Shown here: positions 26,359-35,581 of the stretch, piece by piece
Layout of the letters: the number at the start of each line of letters is the position of its first letter
How positions within the stretch are numbered: the first letter of the stretch is position 1
Source of the DNA: Minisyncoccia bacterium
Lineage (GTDB): Bacteria > Patescibacteriota > Minisyncoccia > Phycocordibacterales > PALSA-1337
Length of the DNA stretch: 64,000 nt
Reading direction: 5' to 3'
NCBI GenBank assembly: GCA_049997795.1
Contig: JBEKVT010000002.1
Coordinates: 65,664-129,663 of the forward strand
Notes under the pieces: model-generated
What the model was told of the DNA's origin: nothing
Databases searched by the model: none
Seen by the model: the letters and a program-made list of their open reading frames with translations, nothing else
Program-made: the position numbers and the translations under genes

Positions 26359-27735
26359 ATGCCTCGCCGCGTAGTAGAAGACATCGTCCTGAACGACCGG
26401 CGCTCGATCCGGGACATACCGATCGAGCGGGAACGGGAAAAACACAAGGCCGGACAGGCTGAAAAGGCTAAAGGGCAGCACCATCAGCCGGAAGGAACCG
26501 AGGAGATCCCCATCCATCGCATGCACGTGACGCCGCCCATGCCTCCGAAGCCGCGGCCTTTCCGGAAAAGCGGCTGGATGCTGGCTCTCGCGGCGCTTTC
26601 AGTCGTGATCCTGGCCGCCATAGCGGCTTATTCCTCTTCCATCTACTTCTCGCGAGCCATCTTCAACATCGTGGCCGTCTCGATGGACGTGCCGGTAGAC
26701 AATGTCACCATCGTGGCCGTAGGGACAACCACTCCCGGATATCTAACGTACAAGACCGAGGAGTTCAAGGGCTCGGCTTCGGCGGTCGTGCCGGCTTCAG
26801 ACGGTCCCTACGTCTCGACCAAAGCGACGGGCAGCGTCGCTCTGTACAATGCCTATTCGTCTCTACCGCAGAGGTTCATCGCCGGCACGCGCCTGGCTAA
26901 CGATTCGGGCCTCATATACCGTCTCGCCGGATCGGTCGTCATACCGGGATACACGGTCGCAAATGGCGTGACGATCCCGGGGAAGGCCGGCGCGGCCATC
27001 GTGGCCGATGCTGCCGGAGCATCCTACAACATCTCAGGGAGCGATGCCCTCTCCGACTTCAAGATCGTCGCTTACAAGGGCACGCCGCGCTACAGCAGCT
27101 TCTATGGGAGGCTTGTCTCCGACGTCTCAGGCGGGTTCGTCGGCCGGAAGAAGATAGTGAGCCAAGACGCGATCTCGACCACCACCGCGGAGCTCCGGAC
27201 AGCCATCACGACCAGGCTTCTCGCGGAAGCCAAGGCGGTGGTGCCGGCCGGATACATCATGTACGACACCGGCTATACGGCCTCATTCTCGGCACCGGTC
27301 GTAAGCGGCGAGGCGACAGGGACGGCCTCGATCGCCATCAACGGGACGCTTTACGGCGTTATTTTCCGGCAGACCGACCTCGTGGCCAAGCTCGACAAGG
27401 AACAAAAGCGGCTGGCCTTCGGAGGCCTGGCCTACGCGACCCTCGGTCTGGAATCGCTGTCTTTCTCTATCTCCAATCCAAAAGATTTCTCCCCGATGAA
27501 AGGCAATACTCTCATCGCCCGTCTGAACGGCAACGTCCGGCTCGTCGGCACAGTGCCGGTCCAAGAATTGAAGAAGAGGCTAGCCGGCCTGCCGCTTTCC
27601 GAGACGCAGAGCGTCTTGCAGTCCTACAGCCGGGTCATAGACGTCGCCAGAAGCTCCGGGGAGCTGTCCCCGTCATGGGCTGCTTCGGTGCCGAGGGATT
27701 TGAGCCGCATCTCGGTCACCCTGAACGGCCAGTGA
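26359..27735 (+). CDS. Hypothetical bitopic membrane protein (458 aa): a basic cytoplasmic N-terminus, one TM helix and a large extracytoplasmic Gly/Ala/Ser-rich domain
   Basis: TM helix MLALAALSVVILAAIAAY. No catalytic motifs. Its position downstream of the PilM-like gene suggests a pilus/divisome accessory role (inference only). Confidence 0.45.
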   Translation: MPRRVVEDIVLNDRRSIRDIPIEREREKHKAGQAEKAKGQHHQPEGTEEIPIHRMHVTPPMPPKPRPFRKSGWMLALAALSVVILAAIAAYSSSIYFSRAIFNIVAVSMDVPVDNVTIVAVGTTTPGYLTYKTEEFKGSASAVVPASDGPYVSTKATGSVALYNAYSSLPQRFIAGTRLANDSGLIYRLAGSVVIPGYTVANGVTIPGKAGAAIVADAAGASYNISGSDALSDFKIVAYKGTPRYSSFYGRLVSDVSGGFVGRKKIVSQDAISTTTAELRTAITTRLLAEAKAVVPAGYIMYDTGYTASFSAPVVSGEATGTASIAINGTLYGVIFRQTDLVAKLDKEQKRLAFGGLAYATLGLESLSFSISNPKDFSPMKGNTLIARLNGNVRLVGTVPVQELKKRLAGLPLSETQSVLQSYSRVIDVARSSGELSPSWAASVPRDLSRISVTLNGQ

Positions 27736-27810
27736 TAAAAACGCCTATATTCAGGCGCTATTGACTAGATAAGGCCTTATTTGCTAGGATTCAAAAACGC
27801 GTTCATACGC

Positions 27811-28032
27811 ATGGATACCGCCCCAGAGCCGAAGAATACAGCCACCGGCACCGTTACAGAAGCGTTGCCGGATACGCTATTCCGTGTGACGCTTGAAGGA
27901 ACGGATTCGGTCCTTCTGGCATATCTCTCCGGCAAGATGAGGATGAACCGGATCCGGGTGCTTGTCGGAGACCGGGTGGAGCTCACGCAAGATCCGTACG
28001 GCGGCAGAGCGCGCATCATAAGACGTTTATAA
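27811..28032 (+). CDS. infA: Translation initiation factor IF-1
   Basis: [60 protein letters not shown] matches the IF-1 S1-like fold. An upstream promoter is TTGACT-N18-TAGGAT. Confidence 0.85.
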   Translation: MDTAPEPKNTATGTVTEALPDTLFRVTLEGTDSVLLAYLSGKMRMNRIRVLVGDRVELTQDPYGGRARIIRRL

Positions 28033-28034
28033 CC

Positions 28035-28151
28035 ATGAAAGTCAGAGCCGCGGTCAAGCGAATATGCCCGAAATGCAAGATCGTCCGCCGACGGGGCTAT
28101 GTTTACGTGGTCTGCAAGGCTAACCCGCGCCATAAGCAACGGCAAGGATAA
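28035..28151 (+). CDS. rpmJ: Ribosomal protein L36
   Basis: Translates [38 protein letters not shown], the L36 zinc-ribbon C..C...C..H pattern. It is too short to appear in the ORF track. Confidence 0.9.
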   Translation: MKVRAAVKRICPKCKIVRRRGYVYVVCKANPRHKQRQG

Positions 28152-28155
28152 TCTT

Positions 28156-28536
28156 ATGCGCATCCTAGGAGTAACACTGCCGGAGAACAAGCGGATGGAG
28201 ATCGCGTTGACCGCCATATACGGCGTCGGCCGTTCCAGGGCCCGCCAGATCCTTTTGAAGACCCGAGTCGACGGCGGCCTTTCTCCCAAGGATCTTTCGG
28301 TCGACCAGGAGAACGCCGTCCGCAAGGAGATCGAGGGTTTCAAGATCGAAGGCGACCTGAAGCGGGAAGTGGCCGGTAACATCAAGCGCCTGAAGGACAT
28401 CAAGACCTATCGCGGCCTCCGCCATTCCCGGCATCTCCCCGCGCGCGGCCAGCGGACCAAGACCAATTCCAGGACCGTCCGAGGCAACACCAGAAAGACC
28501 ATGGGCTCCGGCCGGCGCAAGGAAGAGAAGACATAA
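28156..28536 (+). CDS. rpsM: Ribosomal protein S13
   Basis: MRILGVTLPENKRMEIALTAIYGVGRSRA... matches S13. An AAGGA sequence lies upstream. The ORF track extends it to 28099. Confidence 0.9.
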   Translation: MRILGVTLPENKRMEIALTAIYGVGRSRARQILLKTRVDGGLSPKDLSVDQENAVRKEIEGFKIEGDLKREVAGNIKRLKDIKTYRGLRHSRHLPARGQRTKTNSRTVRGNTRKTMGSGRRKEEKT

Positions 28537-28546
28537 TCATCCATAT

Positions 28547-28984
28547 ATGGGAAAGAAACGCATAGTCACAAGCGAGACGGGAGAAGGAGCCGCGGCCGAG
28601 AACAAGCCGAAGGCTTCTCCCGCATCCGGGAAGAAGCACTTGGAATCTGGCGTCTTGTACGTCCAATCAACATACAACAACACCAAGCTGTCCTTGGCAG
28701 ACAGGGAAGGCAACGTCCTCTTGTGGGGATCGAGCGGCGGCGCCGGCTTCAGGGGCGCCAAGAAGGGCACGCCATTCGCCGCCGCCAAGGTCGGCGAAGC
28801 CCTGGCTGCCCGGGCCCAGAGCCTCGGCCTGAAAGAAGTCAGTATCGTAGTGAAGGGCGTCGGCTCCGGCCGCGAGTCCGCCATCCGCGGCTTCGTGAGC
28901 AAAGGCCTTGGCATCGTCTCCATCAAGGACGAGACGCCGGTGCCGTTCAACGGCCCGTCGCCGAAGAAGCCCCGCCGCGTCTAA
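28547..28984 (+). CDS. rpsK: Ribosomal protein S11
   Basis: GVLYVQSTYNNTKLSLADREGNVLLWGSSGGAGFRGAKKGTPFAA matches S11. Confidence 0.9.
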   Translation: MGKKRIVTSETGEGAAAENKPKASPASGKKHLESGVLYVQSTYNNTKLSLADREGNVLLWGSSGGAGFRGAKKGTPFAAAKVGEALAARAQSLGLKEVSIVVKGVGSGRESAIRGFVSKGLGIVSIKDETPVPFNGPSPKKPRRV

Positions 28985-28993
28985 TCAATCATC

Positions 28994-29599
28994 ATGCGAA
29001 TCGGCCCACGCTACAAGAAAGCCCGCTATCTCGGCACTCCCGTCTTCAGGAAGACCCAGACCCAGAAGTACGCCATGCGCGCCCAGCGCAAGCAGAAGAC
29101 GCCGCGGAGGCGCGGAGGCAAGAGCGAGTACGGCCGGCAGCTCCTGGAGAAGCAGAAGGCCCGCTACAGCTACGGCGTCTCCGGCGGCCAGTTCACCAAC
29201 TACGTGAGGAAGGCCCTCCGGGCCGAAGGCGACAACGCCAAGAACCTGATTTGCCTCCTCGAGAGCCGGCTCGACAATGTGGTGGTCAGGGCTGGCTTCG
29301 CTCCGACCCGTGCGGCCGCCCGGCAGATGGTCTCGCACGGCCACATCACCGTCGGCGGCAAGATCGTCACCGTGCCGTCTTACGGGGTCGAGGTCGGCGA
29401 CGTCATAGCCATCCGCGAAGGCAGCCGGAAGAAAGCCTTGTTCGCCAAATTGGACGAGGAGCTCGCGGACGTGAAGACGCCGGCTTGGCTCGTTGTCGAC
29501 CCTTCGAAGAGGGAGATCCGGATCAACGGAGAGCCCGCGGCCGAGGCAAGCGACCTTTTGTTCGACGTGCGTTCGGTCCTGGAATTCTACACCCGCTAG
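28994..29599 (+). CDS. rpsD: Ribosomal protein S4
   Basis: YGRQLLEKQKARYSYGVSGGQF...RLDNVVVRAGFAPTRAAARQMVSHGHITVGGK (S4 domain). Confidence 0.9.
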   Translation: MRIGPRYKKARYLGTPVFRKTQTQKYAMRAQRKQKTPRRRGGKSEYGRQLLEKQKARYSYGVSGGQFTNYVRKALRAEGDNAKNLICLLESRLDNVVVRAGFAPTRAAARQMVSHGHITVGGKIVTVPSYGVEVGDVIAIREGSRKKALFAKLDEELADVKTPAWLVVDPSKREIRINGEPAAEASDLLFDVRSVLEFYTR

Positions 29600-29648
29600 A
29601 CTTCCGGGCTTTTTGAAGTATAATTACTCATTTATCCAATAAATCATC

Positions 29649-30623
29649 ATGACGTACGACATCGTCCTTCCTTCGAAGCCCAAGATCGTCCGCGAGGACG
29701 GCCCGAGCGGCGTGTATGAGATAGACGGCCTTTATCCGGGCTACGGTCACACTTTGGGCAATTCTCTGCGTCGCATCATCCTCTCGTCCCTGCCCGGCGC
29801 GGCCGTGACCCGGGTCAAGATCGCCGGCGTCGAGCATGAATTCTCGACCATAAGCGGCGTCAAAGAGGACGTCATCCTCATCATCCTTAACCTGAAGAAG
29901 CTCCGCATCCGCTTGAACACCGATGAGCCCCAGATCCTGAAGCTCAAAGGGAAAGGAGCCAAGGAATTGACTGGTAAGGACGTCGAGATCCCCGGCCAAG
30001 CCGAAATCCTGAATCCCGAACTGCACATCGCCACTCTCTCCGAAAAGTCGGCCGAGCTCGACATCGAGATGACCGTCGAGAAGGGCCTGGGCTACGTGCC
30101 GAAGGAGAGCCTTCAGAAAGAACGCGTGGAGATCGGCTCGATCACCCTGGACGCCGCCTTCACTCCCATCCGCAAGGCCAACTACGAAGTGGAGAACATG
30201 CGCGTCGGCGACCGCACCGATTTCAACCGCCTGCGCCTCTTCATCGAGACGGACGGCACCATAAGCCCGCGCGAAGCCATGGAGAAATCCATCATTTTGA
30301 TGATAGAACAGCTGAAGGCCATCGTAGGCTTCGTCGAGAAAGAGCCGGCAGCCCCGGCGGAAACGAAAGCTGAGGAGGGCGCGCCGACTCCGGCGACAAG
30401 GCCTGAAAGGGAGATCGATACCGAGCTTCTGAAGACTAGGATAGACGCTCTTAACCTGTCGTCCAGGACCGTTAAGGCCCTGACCAACGCCAATATCCGC
30501 ACTCTCGGGGGACTGGCCCGCAAGAAGGAGTCCGACATCATGGACGTCGACGGCCTGGGCGCCAAGGGCATGCAGGAGATCAAAAAATTACTGGCCCAAC
30601 AGGGCATCATCCTGAAACAATAA
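29649..30623 (+). CDS. rpoA: DNA-directed RNA polymerase alpha subunit
   Basis: N-terminal dimerisation domain ([32 protein letters not shown]) and a C-terminal alpha-CTD ([22 protein letters not shown]). Confidence 0.9.
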   Translation: [324 protein letters not shown]

Positions 30624-30632
30624 CCGTCTATC

Positions 30633-30983
30633 ATGCGCCACCATTCGAACGTCAGGAAATTCGGCCGAGAGAAGAACCAGAGAAAAGCTCTGGTGCGTTC
30701 TTTGGCGCGCAACCTCATACGGGACAGCCGGATTCGGACCACCGTGGCCAAAGCCAAAGAGCTCAGGCCTTTTATCGAGAAGCTCGTGACCCGCGCCAAG
30801 ACCACCACTGTGGCTTCGCGCCGCCTGGTGAACTCCAGGATAATGGGCGCCACGGAGACCAAGAAGCTCTTCGACGAGATAGCCCCCAAGTACAAGGACC
30901 GCCATGGCGGCTATACGAGGATCGTCCGCCTGCCCTCGCGCGAATTAGACGGCAGCCCTATGGCCCTGATCGAATTCGTCTAA
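30633..30983 (+). CDS. rplQ: Ribosomal protein L17
   Basis: MRHHSNVRKFGREKNQRKALVRSLARNLI... matches L17. Confidence 0.9.
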   Translation: MRHHSNVRKFGREKNQRKALVRSLARNLIRDSRIRTTVAKAKELRPFIEKLVTRAKTTTVASRRLVNSRIMGATETKKLFDEIAPKYKDRHGGYTRIVRLPSRELDGSPMALIEFV

Positions 30984-30987
30984 AGCC

Positions 30988-31332
30988 ATGAAGCACGTAA
31001 TCGACGCGCAAGGCAAGAAGATCGGCAGGGTCGCGAGCCAAGCGGCGGCCGTCCTTCTCGGCAAGGATTCGCCGAGCTTCGCCAAGAATAAGGTGGCGGA
31101 GAGGCAAGTGGAGATCGTGAACGCCGGGAAAGCCGATGTGCCGCCCAGGAAGAAGCGGGACGACGTCTACGTGACCTATACCGGCCACCGGGGCGGCCTG
31201 AATAAGGAAACTCTCGGAAATCTGATCGCTCGCCGCGGCATGAAGGAAGTCTTCCGCCGGGCCGTCTATAGAATGCTGCCGTCGAACAAGCTGCGCGACA
31301 TCCGCATGAAGAATCTCACCATTAAAGAATAA
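30988..31332 (+). CDS. rplM: Ribosomal protein L13
   Basis: HVIDAQGKKIGRVASQAAAVLLGKD matches the L13 N-terminus. Confidence 0.85.
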   Translation: MKHVIDAQGKKIGRVASQAAAVLLGKDSPSFAKNKVAERQVEIVNAGKADVPPRKKRDDVYVTYTGHRGGLNKETLGNLIARRGMKEVFRRAVYRMLPSNKLRDIRMKNLTIKE

Positions 31333-31335
31333 AAC

Positions 31336-31749
31336 ATGACGCCGACCGCCAAACCAGTGAGCAAATATTTCGAAGCCGTCGGGCGGCGCAAGACCGCCGT
31401 GGCCCGCGTCCGGCTCTTTCCGGGGAAGGAAACGCGCTATGAAGTGAACGGCAAGGCCTTGGAGGCATATTTTCCGGTCAAGGAGATGCAGATCACGGCT
31501 TCGGAATCCATGAAGAACGCCAAGGCCGCCGAGAAATTCATGGTCTCCGCCAAGATCAGGGGCGGCGGCATTGCCGCCCAATCGGAAGCTCTGCGCCTCG
31601 GCATCGCCCGCGCCCTCACAGTCTACGACCAGAATCTCCGCGGCCCTCTGAAGAAGGCCGGCTACCTGAAGCGCGACGCCCGGGCCAAGGAGCGCCGCAA
31701 GTTCGGCCTGAAGAAGGCCCGCAAGGCCCCGCAGTGGTCCAAGCGCTAA
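31336..31749 (+). CDS. rpsI: Ribosomal protein S9
   Basis: GRRKTAVARVRLFPG...GGGIAAQSEALRLGIARAL...KKARKAPQWSKR matches S9. Confidence 0.9.
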   Translation: MTPTAKPVSKYFEAVGRRKTAVARVRLFPGKETRYEVNGKALEAYFPVKEMQITASESMKNAKAAEKFMVSAKIRGGGIAAQSEALRLGIARALTVYDQNLRGPLKKAGYLKRDARAKERRKFGLKKARKAPQWSKR

Positions 31750-31756
31750 ATCCCCC

Positions 31757-32326
31757 ATGAAGGATAAGAAGCACGACGACATCTCGATTGGAACGGACGA
31801 GAGTCTGGATGATTCGGTCGTGGCCGAGGAAGCCGCCGCGGAGACCATCAAAAAGCTCCGGGAGAAGCTGAAGGCTTCCGAGAAGGAAAGGCATGAATAC
31901 CTGACCGGCTGGCAAAGGGCTAAGGCAGATCTCATCAACGCCAGGAAGCGCGACGAGGCCGATCGCGTCGAATTCATGAAGTTCGCCAACGAGCGGCTCG
32001 TCGACGGCCTGATCCCGGTCCTTGAGAGCTTCGATCTGGCCGTGGCGAACAAGGAGGCCTGGGAGAAGGCCGACAAGAGCTGGCGCACTGGCGTGGAATA
32101 CATCCATTCGCAATTGAAAAAGGCCCTGAATGACGCCGGACTCGAAGAAATAAATCCTGTCGGCAAGCTCTTCGATCACAACCGCGACGAAGCGGCCGAA
32201 TACGTGCCTGTCGAGAAAGAGGCCGACCATCACAAGATCATTTCCGTGGTACAAAAAGGATATTCGCTCCACGGCAAGATCATGCGTCCGCCGAAGGTCA
32301 GGGTAGGGGAATTCAAGAAGCCGTAA
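31757..32326 (+). CDS. grpE: Nucleotide exchange factor GrpE
   Basis: Coiled-coil N-terminus, then EYLTGWQRAKADLINARKR...LIPVLESFDLA...KIMRPPKVRV (GrpE fold). Confidence 0.85.
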   Translation: MKDKKHDDISIGTDESLDDSVVAEEAAAETIKKLREKLKASEKERHEYLTGWQRAKADLINARKRDEADRVEFMKFANERLVDGLIPVLESFDLAVANKEAWEKADKSWRTGVEYIHSQLKKALNDAGLEEINPVGKLFDHNRDEAAEYVPVEKEADHHKIISVVQKGYSLHGKIMRPPKVRVGEFKKP

Positions 32327-32335
32327 AATAAAAAA

Positions 32336-32358
32336 CCGCGGACTAGATGCCCGCGGCT
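32336..32358 (-). terminator. Intrinsic terminator of the pilin gene (also the hairpin after grpE)
   Basis: CCGCGG actagatgc CCGCGG, preceded on the + strand by AAAATAAAAAA, which gives a T-run after the hairpin on the minus strand. Confidence 0.55.
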
Positions 32359-32376
32359 GTCGAACGTGCCGTTCCT

Positions 32377-32748
32377 TTACGGCTTTTTCCTGAAGACCAC
32401 GGTATAGCCGACGGCTTCCCCGTAAGCGGAGTCAAAGCGGCCTTGCTTCACGACATCCGGAGCGATGGCCGACACTTCCAGCCCGGGATGCGAGTCGAGG
32501 AACGACTTCAGGGTCTGCGGGAAATCCAGGTGGACTTGGGGAAAATAATAGATGATCTCCGAGAATCGGAGCGGCTGATGGCACTGTTTCGCTTCTTCCA
32601 GCGCCTCATCTGGCGTCGGCCTCTGCTTCTGCTGTCGTTGCACCTCATTATAGATTTTCTGATAAGCCGGGACAGCTATAGCGACAAGGAGGCCGATGAT
32701 GCAGACGATTATCATGCCCTCGATGAGCGTAAAAGCCCTGTTCTTCAT
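32377..32748 (-). CDS. Type IV pilin / pseudopilin with a class III (prepilin) signal peptide
   Basis: MKNRAFTLIEGMIIVCIIGLLVAIAVPAY: a G/F cleavage-methylation site, E at +5 and a hydrophobic alpha1 helix. An own promoter TTGACA-N17-TACATT lies upstream on the minus strand (around 32800-32830). Confidence 0.8.
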   Translation of the reverse strand: MKNRAFTLIEGMIIVCIIGLLVAIAVPAYQKIYNEVQRQQKQRPTPDEALEEAKQCHQPLRFSEIIYYFPQVHLDFPQTLKSFLDSHPGLEVSAIAPDVVKQGRFDSAYGEAVGYTVVFRKKP

Positions 32749-32852
32749 AAGTGGGTTCCTTTCCGATATGTGGTTTTAAAACAACTAGTGGATATTGGAG
32801 GCGTTTAATGTAACATTTATGGGTAAATATGTCAATACCAATCGGATTAAAA

Positions 32853-32877
32853 AGCCGCGGGCAAGATGTCCGCGGCC
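32853..32877 (-). terminator. Intrinsic terminator of the small membrane-protein gene 32896-33093
   Basis: GCCGCGG gcaagatgt CCGCGGC; on the minus strand the hairpin is followed by TTTTTAATCC. Confidence 0.55.
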
Positions 32878-32895
32878 CTCAACTTGGCAATGGCC

Positions 32896-33093
32896 TTATG
32901 AAGTCGGGCGCTTCTTCAGTTTGTTCAGGAGATCGGGGATACCGAACTCCTTGAGATCACAGAGGTTGCCCCAGAGACTGCCGAGCAGGGCCAATACGAC
33001 AAGCACCACAATCCCCACGCACCCCACGAGCGTGACCATGACATCACAGAGAAAGTGGCCGATTTTCCCAAGACAGAAAGAGACTATCTTCAT
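32896..33093 (-). CDS. Small hydrophobic membrane protein (65 aa)
   Basis: GGAGATAGTC-ATG ribosome-binding site, two TM helices and its own terminator. Function unknown. Confidence 0.5.
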   Translation of the reverse strand: MKIVSFCLGKIGHFLCDVMVTLVGCVGIVVLVVLALLGSLWGNLCDLKEFGIPDLLNKLKKRPTS

Positions 33094-33193
33094 GACTATC
33101 TCCAGGTTAAAGGTTTAGAGATCAACTAAGCTGTCTAAATCTTAACATATAATAATTCAATTTGTCAAGCAACCCTTGACCTGTGCATAAATA

Positions 33194-33202
33194 TGCTATA
33201 AT
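33194..33202 (+). promoter_or_regulatory. Extended -10 promoter TGCTATAAT heading the dnaK upstream region
   Basis: TGCTATAAT with TTGACC 15-16 nt upstream. The ATG at 33212 lies 9 nt downstream. Confidence 0.5.
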
Positions 33203-33211
33203 GGCCCCGTA

Positions 33212-33517
33212 ATGCTCACGCCGTATATACAGCCAAGATTCGTAGAAAAGGTCATTTCTGACCGCTCTGGCCGCCGATTCCGGATGATATTCCTGGTGGC
33301 GCTCGTGGACGGGGAAGTGAAAGGACGCCTGATCTCCGTAGAGCTGATCGTCGAATCTTTCCGCTCCGCTGAATGCGTCGCTTGTTTGCCGGGCGCCAGC
33401 ATCAAAAAGGTCCCCGCAACCGAATATATTCCTACTTTCGCTCCGGCCGTTTCTCCATATTTTTCTCTGGAATTTCTCATAAACAGCCAACCCACTCGGG
33501 CGCCCGCTTATAGATAA
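33212..33517 (+). CDS. Candidate leaderless ORF (101 aa) in the dnaK leader region; function unknown
   Basis: It starts 9 nt after the TGCTATAAT -10, the same arrangement used by many confirmed genes in this window. No family motif; weak. Confidence 0.25.
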   Translation: MLTPYIQPRFVEKVISDRSGRRFRMIFLVALVDGEVKGRLISVELIVESFRSAECVACLPGASIKKVPATEYIPTFAPAVSPYFSLEFLINSQPTRAPAYR

Positions 33518-33608
33518 GCGTAATGCCCCTTAATCGGGGTGTTACGGGAACGCAGAATAGATTTTTGCGTGTTTATGTTATTCGTTATCACTTAATCAAA
33601 CAATAATC

Positions 33609-35501
33609 ATGTCCAAAATCATCGGAATAGACCTAGGCACGACATTCTCGGCAGTAGCCGTCGTGGAAGCCGGCGTGCCGAAAGTGCTCGAGAACGCCGA
33701 GGGCGCCAGGACCACGCCGTCGATCGTCGCCCAATCAAGAACGGGCGAGCGGATGGTCGGCCTTCTGGCCAGACGCCAAGCTGTCACCAACCCCAAGAAC
33801 ACCATCTTCCAGATCAAGCGCTTCATGGGCCATACTTTCGACGAGCCGGGCGTCCAAAAGGACATCAAGAACGTCTCGTTCGATGTCCACAAGGCCGCGA
33901 ATGGCGGCGTCGAGGTCAAGATGGCCGACAAATGGTACCGGCCGGAAGAGATCTCGGCCATGATCCTCACCAAACTGAAGACCGACGCCGAGACTAGGCT
34001 CGGTGAGAAGATCACCGACGCCGTCATCACCGTGCCGGCCTACTTCAACGACTCCCAGCGCCAGGCCACCAAGGACGCAGGTAAGATCGCCGGCCTCGAC
34101 GTCAAGCGCATCATCAACGAACCCACGGCCGCAGCTCTGGCTTACGGCTTCAACAAGAAGAAGAACGAGAAGATCGCTGTCTTCGACTTCGGCGGCGGCA
34201 CCTTCGACATCTCCGTTCTGGAAGTCGGCGACGACGTCGTAGAGGTCAAATCCGTCGACGGTGACAGCCATCTCGGTGGCCGCGACATCGACGCCAAGAT
34301 CGTCAATTGGCTGGCCGATACCTTCAATAAGGAGAACGGTATCGATCTGCGCAAGGATCCTTTGGCATTGCAGAGGCTAGATGAGTCCGCGGAGAAAGCC
34401 AAGATCGAGCTCTCGACCGCCATGCAGACTGAGATCAATGTCCCCTTCGTCTCGTCCGGCGCCGACGGGCCGAAACACCTTCTGGTGACCATGACTCGCG
34501 CCAAGCTCGAGGAGATCTGCCAGGAATTCATCGACCGGGCCATGATGATCACCAAGCGCGCCATGGAGGCCTCGCCTTTCAAGATCGGCGAGATCAACGA
34601 AGTGGTCCTGGTCGGCGGCCAGACGCGCATGCCGGCCCTGCAGGAGGCAGTCAAGAAATTCTTCGGCAAAGACCCTCACATGGGCGTCAACCCGGACGAA
34701 GTCGTAGCAGTAGGCGCCGCAATAGAAGGCGGCATCCTCGGGGGCGAGGTCCGCGACGTCCTTCTCTTGGACGTCATCCCGTTGTCCCTCGGCATCGAGA
34801 CTTTGGGCGGCGTGGCCACGAAACTCATCGAAAAGAACACGACCGTGCCGACCCAGCGCTCGCAGATATTCTCTACGGCCGCGGATAATCAGACTTCCGT
34901 GGAAATCCACATAACCCAGGGCGAACGCGCCATGTCGGCGGACAATAAATCGCTAGGTAGGTTCATCCTGGACGGCATACCCCCGGCTCCGCGCGGCATG
35001 CCTCAGGTCGAAGTGACCTTCGACATCGACGCCAACGGCATCCTGAACGTCACCGCCAAGGATAAAGCTACGGGCAAGGCCAACAGCATCAAAATCACCG
35101 CCTCGTCCGGCTTGTCCAAGGAAGAGGTCGAGAAAATGAAGAAAGAGGCCGCGGCTCACGAAGCCGAAGACGCCAAGAAGAAAGAGGCCATCGAGGCCAA
35201 GAATATCGCCGAACAGCTTGTCTACACCTCGGAGAAGGCCTTGAAGGACGCCGGCGAGAAAGTCCCGGCTGAATTAAGGAAAACGATCGAAGACAAGATC
35301 TCCGACCTGAAGCGCGTCAAAGACGCGTCGACGCCGGATATGGCGGCCATCAGGACGGCCACGGAAGCGCTTTCGACCGAGATCCAGAAGATTGGCCAGT
35401 ACATGAGCCAGCAGGGAAGTCAGCCCGGCTCGAATGACGGCAAAGGCCCCGAAGGCGGCGACGGCAACGTCAAAGACGCCGAGTTCAAGGAGAAGAAGTA
35501 G
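33609..35501 (+). CDS. dnaK: Chaperone DnaK (Hsp70)
   Basis: [22 protein letters not shown], the Hsp70 signatures and a C-terminal lid ending EFKEKK. Confidence 0.95.
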   Translation: MSKIIGIDLGTTFSAVAVVEAGVPKVLENAEGARTTPSIVAQSRTGERMVGLLARRQAVTNPKNTIFQIKRFMGHTFDEPGVQKDIKNVSFDVHKAANGGVEVKMADKWYRPEEISAMILTKLKTDAETRLGEKITDAVITVPAYFNDSQRQATKDAGKIAGLDVKRIINEPTAAALAYGFNKKKNEKIAVFDFGGGTFDISVLEVGDDVVEVKSVDGDSHLGGRDIDAKIVNWLADTFNKENGIDLRKDPLALQRLDESAEKAKIELSTAMQTEINVPFVSSGADGPKHLLVTMTRAKLEEICQEFIDRAMMITKRAMEASPFKIGEINEVVLVGGQTRMPALQEAVKKFFGKDPHMGVNPDEVVAVGAAIEGGILGGEVRDVLLLDVIPLSLGIETLGGVATKLIEKNTTVPTQRSQIFSTAADNQTSVEIHITQGERAMSADNKSLGRFILDGIPPAPRGMPQVEVTFDIDANGILNVTAKDKATGKANSIKITASSGLSKEEVEKMKKEAAAHEAEDAKKKEAIEAKNIAEQLVYTSEKALKDAGEKVPAELRKTIEDKISDLKRVKDASTPDMAAIRTATEALSTEIQKIGQYMSQQGSQPGSNDGKGPEGGDGNVKDAEFKEKK

Positions 35502-35581
35502 TTCATCAAAACAAAAAAGACCTCCGCCGTTTCCCCGAGCGCAAGCTCCAGGAAAACGTACGGGGATCTTGGGGATGAAGT

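Noticed and set aside
32347-32808. 153-aa plus-strand ORF overlapping the pilin gene
   Set aside because: It is antisense to a gene with a textbook prepilin signature and carries no motifs.
33500-33608. CIRCE/HrcA operator upstream of dnaK
   Set aside because: No match to TTAGCACTC-N9-GAGTGCTAA. Only an unrelated imperfect palindrome is present.
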